NCBI RefSeq assembly: GCF_001194135.2
Contig: NC_068990.1
Location: 40,300,468-40,333,451 of the forward strand
DNA length: 32,984 nucleotides
Direction of reading: 5' to 3'
DNA from: Octopus bimaculoides
Taxonomy: Eukaryota
In this document: piece after piece, positions 1 to 10,256 of the stretch
How positions within the stretch are numbered: position 1 is the stretch's first letter
How the letters are laid out: each line of letters opens with the position of its first letter
The notes under the pieces: generated by a model
Told to the model about the DNA's origin: nothing
Database searches by the model: none
What the model saw: only the letters and a program-made list of their open reading frames with translations
Program-made: the position numbers and the translations under genes

Positions 1-77
1 TATATATATATTGTTCGAGGGACAAATATCCCTCGAATGTAAATAATGTAAATAATGGACACAATACATGTCTTTAA

Positions 78-132
78 GTGCTACTAATAGTTTCATATGT
101 TGAGAAATATCTCAAACATATTCATCAGACAC
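78..132 (-). ncRNA. Type I hammerhead ribozyme in the 3' region (pseudo-LTR) of a Penelope-like element
   Basis: The minus strand reads GUGU-CUGAUGA-AUAUGUUUGAGAUAUUUCUCAACAUAU-GAAA-CUAUUAGUA/GCAC. The core is CUGAUGA (128-122) plus GAAA (94-91). Stem II has 11 bp with one bulge. Stem III is ACU/AGU with a 3-nt loop (ACUAUUAGU is near-palindromic). The GUA cleavage triplet places the cut between 82 and 81. Stem I is GUGU/GCAC. All were read by eye from the sequence. Confidence 0.85.
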
Positions 133-347
133 AAACCATATACCATAACGAACTCCAAAAAAATGAATAAGAGAAGAAACGCGAAGAAAACTGAGAAGGC
201 AGCATATAGCAAACGCGGAAGGTTAAAAAAACTGGAAAACGAAAGTCGGAAAAGGAAAACACAAAAATCAAAATATAAAAAGTAAAAAAGGTAAAAGAGT
301 TATCCTCTTTAGACCTTAAATTATAAGGCTGGGAGGATATCAACAAG

Positions 348-830
348 TTAATCAGGAATAGGTGAACTTCTCCAGTTCTTCAAAATATATTTATACATAT
401 GCTTGCATCCGCTGAAAATTTCAGATCTAGTGTTCAGTGGAGAGTTAGGATCTTAGATCTGAACAGGATCTGCGCTCTTTCAGCTAAACAAAGCCTACAT
501 TTATTCGATCCATTAACATAAGATATGGATTTCTCAATTATTTTTCACTTAATCACATGTGGTGTTTCGTTATCTTGCAAACTACATACTAACCAACTTA
601 GTAGCTTTGCTTTTGTCCTTATGTCGGAAGGAGGCTATGTGACTGGCGTAGCGATTTTTAAGTTCTCCTTCATATAATCCAATTAGGTCTCCTTATCTGT
701 TGTATTATTATTTAGGGTTGCAGTAAATTCTACATCACATGATAGATTTAATCATATATCGTTGGTCAAGTGGACGGTATCCTGTATACCTTGTACAGTA
801 ATAGAGATAATTTATACGGGATTGATTACT
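348..830 (-). pseudogene. Penelope-like element 1 (PLE-1): decayed C-terminal GIY-YIG endonuclease domain
   Basis: Manual minus-strand translation across frameshifts gives KSI..DVEFTATLNNNTTDKET.IGLYEGELKNRYASHIASFRHKDKSKATKL...KIIEKSISYVNGSNKCRLCLAERAQIL...LNTRSEIFSGCKHMYKYILKNW...PD* (stop at 350-348). This matches the PLE endonuclease pattern IY..YIG.E.FK.RY..H..SF...CxLCL.E..IL...LN.R.E...C.H. A hammerhead lies about 215 nt downstream of the stop on the same strand. Confidence 0.8.
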
Positions 831-1370
831 TTATGGTACTAGTATAAGCAGTAGCAGCATGATTTAAGTAAACTATGAAACATTTCGAATGGTTTAGTCA
901 CAGTGAAATTGAAAATGAAAGTGGACTAAATTTGTAGCTGTTTATACATTACGTTGAAGCTAACATGTCCACGTAGAGAAAAGAAAACAACACATTGTAA
1001 CGGATTAATGCCACTATGTCAAATGGCAATATTTTGAATAGGGTCCAATATCTTGAGTGTCGGCAGCAGCACTGTCTCATACATATAAGCAGCTTTCTTG
1101 TGTGGGGTTTATACTTTGTAACAACTCGACAATAAAATCTTCAAATAATTTTATTTTATTGTATATGTGGCCCCCTAATTGTCACAGCTGTTACAAGGGA
1201 GATAACCATTTCATCATAATATGAAACAGTATTAGTAATTTGAAATTGAAATTACGGTGATATAAAGAAAATGTGCATAAATCACATGTTTAGTTTTCTT
1301 TTTTGATTAGGTGGTATGAAGTTCTTAAAATTTCTCGTCGTTGATAATCATGTATAGAACTATTTCATTG

Positions 1371-1543
1371 TTTACATTATGTACATTATTTACATTTGAC
1401 GGATATTTGTCCTCATATTCTTTGTTGTTAACACAACGTTTCGGCTGATATACCTTCCTCAGGTGTCTTGGGGAAATTTCGAACCTGGGTTCTCATTCCC
1501 AAGGTATAATGTAAATAATGTACATAATTCCTCGTCTCTTAAA
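1371..1543 (-). mobile_element. Short non-coding hammerhead-bearing insertion (retrozyme-like or PLE-mobilised)
   Basis: Perfect 21-bp inverted repeats at 1376-1396 and 1508-1528 enclose a hammerhead motif. Flanking 18-bp direct repeats match at 15/18 (1353-1370 TATAGAACTATTTCATTG; 1544-1561 TATAGAACCGTATCATTG). There is no ORF. Confidence 0.6.
1430..1467 (-). ncRNA. Minimal type I hammerhead ribozyme motif with a truncated stem II
   Basis: The minus strand reads GACAC-CUGAGGA-AGGUAUAUCAGCC-GAAA-CGUU/GUGUU. Stem I is GACAC/GUGUU (5 bp), the CUGAnGA and GAAA core is intact, and stem III is a palindromic ACGU with a GUU triplet. Stem II is only 2-3 bp. Confidence 0.6.
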
Positions 1544-1884
1544 TATAGAACCGTATCATTGTCTTTAGAAATCATTAACATGACATAACCTGCGACTTAT
1601 TAATTAAATATATGTCTAATTAGCCTATTTGTGAAGCGAAACGTTTCACATTCATGAAGTGAAACACTTTACTGAAGAGGAAAAATATCAGCCTGGAGGA
1701 AATTCTTGGAATGTGTTTCGTTCTTTGCTTCATTTCTTAATAGAACATTTTATGGTTAAGAATCAAAAGAATAGAAAGTTCTTATTGTTTTCCTACAGAA
1801 TAATAACCGTTTCAAGGAATTCCACCTTGAGAAAATGTCCCATAGTAGCCAACAATTTCAGCTTTTGTTGCAAACAACTTAAGC

Positions 1885-3746
1885 CGTCGTCGTCGTCGTG
1901 TGGTGGTCGTGGTCGTGGTCGTGGAGGAGGAGGAGGAGGAGGTGGTGGTGGTGGTGGTGGTGGCAGTGAATGGTGGTGGCATGAACGGTTATGAAACTAG
2001 AAGTGATGCTACATTAGCAGTGGTGGTATTTGTTGTAGTGGAGAAATTGGTAGCAGTGGTGGTGGTATTGGTGGTAGTGGCGGTGGTGAGGATTAGTGGT
2101 AGTGTTTGTATTGGTGTTGGTGGTGGTGGAAGTATTAGGAGTGATAGTATTAGTAGTGATTGTTATGCTATTATTNNNNNNNNNNNNNNNNNNNNNNNNN
2201 NNNNNNNNNNNNNNNNNNNNNNNNNNNNNNNNNNNNNNNNNNNNNNNNNNNNNNNNNNNNNNNNNNNNNNNNNNNNNNNNNNNNNNNNNNNNNNNNNNNN
2301 NNNNNNNNNNNNNNNNNNNNNNNNNNNNNNNNNNNNNNNNNNNNNNNNNNNNNNNNNNNNNNNNNNNNNNNNNNNNNNNNNNNNNNNNNNNNNNNNNNNN
2401 NNNNNNNNNNNNNNNNNNNNNNNNNNNNNNNNNNNNNNNNNNNNNNNNNNNNNNNNNNNNNNNNNNNNNNNNNNNNNNNNNNNNNNNNNNNNNNNNNNNN
2501 NNNNNNNNNNNNNNNNNNNNNNNNNNNNNNNNNNNNNNNNNNNNNNNNNNNNNNNNNNNNNNNNNNNNNNNNNNNNNNNNNNNNNNNNNNNNNNNNNNNN
2601 NNNNNNNNNNNNNNNNNNNNNNNNNNNNNNNNNNNNNNNNNNNNNNNNNNNNNNNNNNNNNNNNNNNNNNNNNNNNNNNNNNNNNNNNNNNNNNNNNNNN
2701 NNNNNNNNNNNNNNNNNNNNNNNNNNNNNNNNNNNNNNNNNNNNNNNNNNNNNNNNNNNNNNNNNNNNNNNNNNNNNNNNNNNNNNNNNNNNNNNNNNNN
2801 NNNNNNNNNNNNNNNNNNNNNNNNNNNNNNNNNNNNNNNNNNNNNNNNTGGTCGTGGTCGTGGAGGAGGAGGAGGAGGAGGTGGTGGTGGTGGTGGTGGT
2901 GGTGGCAGTGAATGGTGGTGGCATGAACGGTTATGAAACTAGAAGTGATGCTACATTAGCAGTGGTGGTATTTGTTGTAGTGGAGAAATTGGTAGCAGTG
3001 GTGGTGGTATTGGTGGTAGTGGCGGTGGTGAGGATTAGTGGTAGTGTTTGTATTGGTGTTGGTGGTGGTGGAAGTATTAGGAGTGATAGTATTAGTAGTG
3101 ATTGTTATGCTATTATTGACAGTTACAGCGGTAGTGGTAGTGGTGGTATTGGTAACAATGTTACGATGATGATGATGAAATATACCATCACCATTCCATG
3201 TTCGCACCCACCATTAACAACACTACCAGGACTACGTCCATCGCTACCAGTCTGTCAATGGAATTGTCCCGTCTGTGATTCTCTTTTGTTAGTAACAAAC
3301 ACTGTAGAATGGCTTATTTTTCTTTTACAAAGTCAGCTATCTACATTATCATCACCAACACTATTGTCATCGTCATCATCATTATCACACTCATCTTCAC
3401 CATGAACTTCACCACATCATCATCATCACCACCACTACCATCATCACCATTATTTTTAACAATACCATCTTCAACATCATCACTATCATTATTGCTAACA
3501 GCAACATCATCATCACCAACATCAGCATCAACATCATCATCATCAACCTCTTTATTATCTACATCATCTTTTCCTTCTAACTTGTTATCTCCCTTGTTCT
3601 CCCACTCATTGCTTTTCTTTTTTTTTTATTTGGTCTGTTATTTCTAGATTCTTTTTTATTATCGATATAAGAAACGTGTCCTTCTCCCCCTCCTCCTCCT
3701 CCTCCTCCTCCTCCTCATCATCATCATCATCACCACCACCACCACC
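1885..3746. repeat. Degenerate trinucleotide tract (GTG/GGA/GGT, then CAT/CAC/CCT), including N-gap 2176-2848
   Basis: Direct reading of the sequence. It generates the spurious poly-V/G/S/T ORFs. Confidence 0.9.
2176..2848. other. Assembly gap (one of ten; the others are 3747-3959, 10487-10882, 19308-19869, 20477-20630, 23486-23516, 27039-27414, 28761-28770, 29492-29774 and 31389-31398)
   Basis: N runs, almost all bordered by simple repeats. Confidence 0.98.
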
Positions 3747-3959
3747 NNNNNNNNNNNNNNNNNNNNNNNNNNNNNNNNNNNNNNNNNNNNNNNNNNNNNN
3801 NNNNNNNNNNNNNNNNNNNNNNNNNNNNNNNNNNNNNNNNNNNNNNNNNNNNNNNNNNNNNNNNNNNNNNNNNNNNNNNNNNNNNNNNNNNNNNNNNNNN
3901 NNNNNNNNNNNNNNNNNNNNNNNNNNNNNNNNNNNNNNNNNNNNNNNNNNNNNNNNNNN

Positions 3960-3965
3960 ACCACC

Positions 3966-3999
<34 letters not shown>

Positions 4000-4010
4000 T
4001 CACCACCACC

Positions 4011-4067
<57 letters not shown>

Positions 4068-4259
4068 GACTTCACTAATTTAACTACTGTCAATGACACC
4101 AATACCTTCTACACCACCACCACCACCACCACAACCACCGTCAGCATCACCATCACCTCCACATCTACAATCGCATCATCAATATCGTTATTTTCATAAA
4201 GCATTGAGGCTTTCTGGAGAAGGAATCATTTTAAAATTATTATTATTACTATTATTGTT

Positions 4260-4294
<35 letters not shown>

Positions 4295-4308
4295 CATTAT
4301 TATTATCA

Positions 4309-4354
<46 letters not shown>

Positions 4355-4430
4355 CATTATTATTATTATTATAATTATTATTATAATAATACTAATTATT
4401 ATTATTATTATTATTATTATCATCATCATC

Positions 4431-4475
<45 letters not shown>

Positions 4476-5064
4476 GCTATTATTGTTGTTATTGTTGTTA
4501 CTGCTGCTGCAACTCCTATCATTATTATTACCAACATTGCTATTATTCCTGTTGTTGTTGTTGTTGTTTTCATTATTCTAATTCTTTTTTTTTTTTTTAA
4601 TTTTTCATTTTTGACCATGGCAATAACACAAGATTTCAAGATTTTAATCAAATTTATTAATTTCATTGATAAACATCTCCACAGATTATGGAGCAAGATA
4701 TCACTAACAACAACAACAACAACAACAACAACTGCAATAAGAACAAACATAAAAAAAAGAAAACATCCATTAGCTTCATCGAAAATGTTCAATTAATAAT
4801 TAACTTGATTGTAAGTCTTTGAAAATATAGAAAAATGCAAATACAAACAAAAATGAAATATAAAAGAAGTAAAAATAATATTTCATAAAAAAAATTAAAT
4901 AATCAAGATTGGTTATTTATTATAGAGTTTATTTTTTTATCGTACTCCCCTCCCCCACACACACACACACTTCCTTCAATGTTTTCTTTTGTTTTCGTTA
5001 TCACTTTTTGAAACTTATTTTCAAATTCTTTATCAGAGGAAGATTTTGGAAATGATAACAAAAT

Positions 5065-5122
<58 letters not shown>

Positions 5123-5125
5123 GTA

Positions 5126-5182
<57 letters not shown>

Positions 5183-5420
5183 GTGGTTAATTCTTTGAAG
5201 AAACTCCCCTTAATTTTTAAAATTCCAAATTAGATTTTAATAGACCTTTGACATTCTTTTGATCATTTCTTAAAATCTTTCAGATATAAAAAAAAATAGG
5301 AACACAGGAAAAACAAAAAAAAAAAAAGAAAATGTAAAAAGTATAAAATTTCAAATAATATTAAAGATGATAATCATGATGATGATGATGTTGTTGTTGT
5401 GGCTGCTGTTGATGATGTTT
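3960..5420. repeat. Compound microsatellite field: (CAC)n/(CAT)n, (ATT)n, (GTT)n, (AAC)n, (AAT)n, (GAT)n
   Basis: Direct reading, for example (ATT/ATC)n at about 4235-4480, (AAT)n at about 5066-5120 and (GAT)n at about 5126-5180. Confidence 0.9.
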
Positions 5421-6499
5421 ATGGACTCAGAGAGCAAATATGATAAATAAATAACTGAATTTTCTTTCTCTTTACCCACTTCCTTCAATCTGAATCATAA
5501 CTTTCTCTCGGTTAAAAAAAAAAAAAAAATTATGATTTTGACCTCATGACCCCAGGAGGAATAATTATTTTGGAGTGAAAGGAAGGCAAGAGGAAAAGAT
5601 TGGGTTTGTTTTAATGAAGAAGGAAGATATATAGAGAGAGACAGATGGATAGAATGAGGGAGAAATATGTGAGTGAAGAAGAGAAAGAAAAAACAGAAGA
5701 CAAGATTTTTCAGATATAAACTCAACACTTGAATAACAATTTTCATTTATTTATTTATTTATTTAAAACATTTTGTGCATATATGGGAATATATATAAAC
5801 CCTTGGTACAGTAAATGATACATCTTTTGACCACTAAGCTTCTGGACATGAATACGCAATCATCCCACGCATAGCCTTTAATATTTAATATCCATAATCA
5901 CACATGAAGAGATATAAACTAAGGCCATTAGGCTATTGGAACACTGCTAAGGAGACAGCAAAAAAGGATTTACTTTACCTCCTCAAAGAACCGACAGTTG
6001 GATAGTTAGATTGTATGTAGATCAGAATGGTGATTTCCACTTTGTTGTCATGACAGAAGAGAAGGAGGCTCTCATTGTTGTACAGAGAGAACAGGTTGTA
6101 GGGCAGACCTAAGGCCATGAATACTCTGGCACTGGTTCTGGAAACATCCAACAATCTCTAATGACCCCTCATTGTGAATACACACTGAATAGCACTGTCA
6201 TAATATTTATTTTAGCAAAATACAAGTTCCAGATCCTATGAAGGCAATGCTTCCTGCCTTGCTCACTTTCCACCACACATTTGTACACACATATAAACAC
6301 AATAGCCTACTTACCAGCCACCCTACTGTAGATTCATACAATATCTGCTCTATATGTTTAACTTTCATGGTTTATTTCTCATGTCCACATCTGAGGAATA
6401 AAATAAAGGAAATATTTTGTAACGTTAATCATATTTCATCACTAGCACTTTTAATTCATCTCTGCTAGCACCACTAAAGAAAACTCCCATACCATCGTC

Positions 6500-6756
6500 A
6501 TGTAAAAAAAAGTACTCATGCTGGCATTATATCAAAATGTGCCCATGCTAGTCCCTTGTAAAAAGAGCCCCATGTACTCTGTGGTTGGCATTAAGAAGGG
6601 CATCCAGCCATAGAAACCATACCAAAACAGACAACTGGAACTTGGTGGAGTGCTCCAACAAGCCAGTTCCTGTAAAACCATCCAATTCCTGCCAGTATGG
6701 AAAACAGATGTTGAATGATGAGGAGAAGATGATGATGATGATGATGATGATGATGA
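6500..6756 (+). mobile_element. 3' end of a non-LTR retroposon (RTE-type tail or SINE) ending in (GAT)n
   Basis: The motif GTGGTTGGCATTAAGAAGGGCATCCAGCC...GCCAGTATGGAAAACAGATGTTGAATGATGA is followed by a (GAT)n tail. I recognise this from memory as a common octopus retroposon 3' end; it was not verified by search. Confidence 0.55.
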
Positions 6757-7229
6757 TAAATATACATTCACACACACAAACATACACATGTAAACAACCA
6801 TCACTTTTAAAGAAGTGAACTCCCAAGGCCATTGCTATGCACAAGGAAATCTTAGCTGCACCCTAAATAACTGACATAAAATTCTTAATTGAATTAAAAA
6901 TACTAAAATTTAGTTAAAAAAAAAAAGAACTGGTTGAGAGGTTCATGTTGTCTTATGATGACACATGATTTGGCATGAAATATTTCAAATTTTGCCCTGT
7001 AACAGATTTACGCAGAAATATGTGCATGATCATAAATCTCGAGATTTCTTTATAACTTTTCAACTACATCTTCCCCATTAGTGTAAAGAAGGTAACGGTT
7101 GGAAGATGTTGCAGAAAAATATTGTATAAGAAGACTCTGATTGCTATACTGAGAGAAGACAGAACAAAATGTAGGGTTGGATACTCTGGTATCAGCTCTG
7201 AAAACACCAAACACTTTCTAATGATCCTT

Positions 7230-7950
7230 AATGGGGATTTCACATATATAACACCATTATAGCTTCATCACAAAGACTAAGTTTCTTTGTGTTATGTCTC
7301 AAGCTACTGCTATCTAGCACCTTCGGATGATCTCTACTCAACCGCTACACAACTGCTACTCGACTGCTACTCAACAATCTACTACGGCCAGACTATCTCT
7401 ATTTATATGTCTTGGGAGATCCTACTTCTTCACCTGGGGACGTCGACACAACACTTTGGAAAATACATGAGCCCTTATCAGTTATTATCAATGTACAAAT
7501 CTCAAGTGCAAAACACATTGTAATACAGTTAAGGCCACACCAGAATGTTGAACAGATCACAAGGAAAGTGCTACTGCTTCTGCTGCCATCACAGTCACAA
7601 GAAACCTTTTGGTTAATTACCGAATTTTCACTCACCAACATTCTATTCTGTTCCTTGGCCCGCAGATGCTATTTCTTCTGTCTGCCACTTCTACTGTTAA
7701 CATTTCTGAATTAACAAGCTGGTTACCATTTCTACTGAACCTTTATGCTCTCTCTCCTGTTGTGTCTCTCCTCCTGGGTCTACTTATCTCTCATCAATTC
7801 TACAGTGACTCCCTACCTATGTCCAATGCGAAACACTTTGCCAGTACAGTCCTTCCTCCACAAAATTACCACATTGTCCCTGCTAATGTTGATCCACATA
7901 GGTTCAAGCTGAACATTCTCCACACCCAGTTCATCAGTCTGCAAATATTA
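7230..7950 (+). pseudogene. Decayed LINE ORF2 C-terminus (CR1/L2/Jockey group), interrupted by a solo LTR
   Basis: After the LTR the sequence reads KYMSPYQLLSMYKSQVQNTL*Y (compare the family pattern KYFSP.QLL.LYKAQ.RP.LEY) and later VPANVDPHRFKLNI (compare FP..YD...FK.NIN). There are many stops and frameshifts. Confidence 0.5.
7290..7453 (-). mobile_element. Solo-LTR-like element, copy 1 (164 bp)
   Basis: The termini are TGTTATGTC...GACACAACA (TG...CA, 9-bp imperfect inverted repeat). The 5-bp TSD CTTTG lies at 7285-7289 and 7454-7458. TATAAATA is on the minus strand. The element is highly similar to the copies at 15432 and 31287. Confidence 0.8.
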
Positions 7951-8177
7951 TAAGGGCTACAGCTACTGCCCCCCTCTTTCCCCCTACTCCCTTTTTATTT
8001 AATGAAATATAAACAACTACAAAATCAATATTATTTGTTAATGTCACTGCTATCATATTACATTTAACAATAGCATTACTTGTACAGCTACAACAACCAA
8101 TGGGCAGCAGCAACAGCAGCAACTGTAACAACAACAACAACAACAATAGCAATAATAACAACAATCTTACATTCACA

Positions 8178-8568
8178 GTGGAGGCGCAATGGCCCAGTGG
8201 TTAGGGCAGCGGAATCGCGGTCATAGGATCGCGGTTTCGATTCCCAGACCGGGCGTTGTGAGTGTTTATTGAGCGAAAACACCTAAAGCCCCACGAGGCT
8301 CCGGCAGGGGATGGTGGCAAACCCTGCTGTACTCTTTCACCGCAACTTTCTCTCACTCTTACTTCCCGTTTCTGTTGTGCCTGTAATTCAAAGGGTCAGC
8401 CTTGTCACACTGTGTTACGCTAAATATCCCGGAGAACTACTACGTTAAGGGTACACGTGTCTGCGGAGTGCTCAGCCACTTGCACGTTAATTTCACGAGC
8501 AGGCTGTTCCGTTGGTCGGATCAACTGGAACCCTTGACGTCGTAAGCGACGGAGTGCCAAAAACAACA
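8178..8568 (+). mobile_element. tRNA-derived SINE, family A, copy 1
   Basis: It has an A box (TGGCCCAGTGG), a B box (GGTTTCGATTCCC) and an A/C-rich tail. It is near-identical along its full length to 17492-17879. Confidence 0.85.
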
Positions 8569-9196
8569 TATATTTGTATTGAGTAGCTGTAAGTCATCAC
8601 TATTTGTTTACTCTTATGTTGTTACTCATAGTAATAAATTGGTGGATCCTCAGGCAGCATTTATATTTTTAATGCTGTTGACACCACCTGATCAAAAGGT
8701 ACTTCTCAAATGTCGAAAGCAGCTGATGATGGGAATACACATATGTTATGATCGTTTGGGACTTTCTTATATCTTAGTTTCATTATTTCGAGTTGTCCTT
8801 CATTCTGGTGAAGTGGAAGGCGTTTGTGGATTCATAATTTGTGGCGGTTACTTACATTGGTATTGTTTGATTTTTTTCATTGGTAATCTAATTAAGCTTA
8901 GATAAGGCTGAGATACTGGCATCCAGTTCTGGGGGTTCTCTTGCATATGTGTGTGTATAAACAGATATATATTTATATGTGTATGTATATATATATATAT
9001 ATATTGTATAAAAGATCGTGGGTAAAGCCAAAGTAATGCGAAATATTGAATGCAAGGTTAGTCTACATTAATTCACATATTTGTTTTCTTGTGATTTACC
9101 TTGCATTTACTTCACATTGTTTTGACCTTACGCACAATCTTTTATACAATATATTCTACACAATGCTTCATAGTAATTATTCCATATATATATATA

Positions 9197-10256
9197 CAGA
9201 GCGATGGGGGAATTGGACAAAATAAAGTAAACACCTTGTTAAATGAGTGTTTTATTATTTAAGACAGAGGTGGTCCAGATTTGGGATCAATCACAACTTT
9301 AATACATCGAGGAATTGACTTGCACATGCTCTTATTAGGGAAACTGTGAGCCAATCTAAAGTAAAATCTGCTTTAGCTCTTTCAGTGATGATACAATTGG
9401 GAAAAGGGTCCCCACTTGCCGCTCTAAAATGCACCATAAGTTTTTGATTTCCGGTGACTGTGGGGACCATTCAACGTTACCTACTTCAATTTTGCGCCAT
9501 TTGTACCAATTTTGAATAACATTAGCCGCGTGAGTCGGCGCATTATCGTCCTAAAAGACTGCCATCATCAAGGAATAATGTTTGTACTATAAAATGGACA
9601 TGAAAAACCAAAGTACACAGATAATTAAATTTGTCATGTAGAACGACTAAAGGGTTAATTGAAATCCGTGATACAGCAGCTCAAATCATCTCAGATTTAC
9701 CTCAATGCTTGACGGTAGAGACCAAAAAGTCAAGTTTCAAGACTTCTTTGAATAGTCACCAGACATAAATTTTCCCCGAAATGGGAAGGAAAGGATGAAT
9801 TAAGATTCATCAAAGAAGATAGCATTGTTCCGTTGAGTCATTGACCACTTCCAATAGCCTAGCCACCATTTTTTCGGTTGATGAGTATAGGAAAAGTTTA
9901 GCAACTGCAACCTTTGCATGGTATCCAACTATATAGACATCGCGACAAACGGTTTTGATTGACACGAGGTTGGCCTAGTAGTTGTGTAACTCGGATGTCA
10001 ATTTTGCTACTGCAGTTTATGGCATTTAGACATTAATAAGTTCCACAATTCTACGATGTTTCTCTGTGAGCTTTGCCTTTCGTCAAGAATTATGCTTGCC
10101 AGGGTTGGTTTTAGTTTGGTTTTGGAATGCCAAAATTATTTTAGAAGCTGTAACTCTTGGAACATTAAAAAAAATTCAGCATTTTTGAATGACTGAAGTT
10201 CCAACCATCCGCGCCCCAACAATTTGTCTGCTTTGGAAATCAGATAGGACATGCAT
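9197..10256 (-). pseudogene. Tc1-family (DD34E-type) transposase relic
   Basis: Minus-strand translation gives MHVLSDFQSRQIVGARMVGTSV at the N-terminus, AIFFDES (first D, about 9805-9823), VF*DDNAPTHAAN (second D, about 9535-9551) and WSPQSPE.IKNLWCILE. One end begins CAG right after (TA)n at 9197. The other terminal repeat is not clearly recognisable (possibly about 10420). Confidence 0.85.

Noticed and set aside
1610-1712. Two further hammerhead-like strings on plus (CTAATTA...GCGAAACG; CTGAAGAGG...ATATCAGCC)
   Set aside because: The core positions are mutated non-compensatorily or stems I and III cannot form. At most these are very old remnants.
1900-4792. Long ORFs rich in V, S, T, P, I and M (e.g. 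501 aa at 1900-3405)
   Set aside because: They are translations of trinucleotide microsatellites and N-gaps, and part of the sequence is an artefactual duplication.
8178-8250. tRNA-like cloverleaf heads (also at 17492, 25502, 25631 and 31988)
   Set aside because: Each continues into a SINE body and tail, so they are SINE heads and not tRNA genes.
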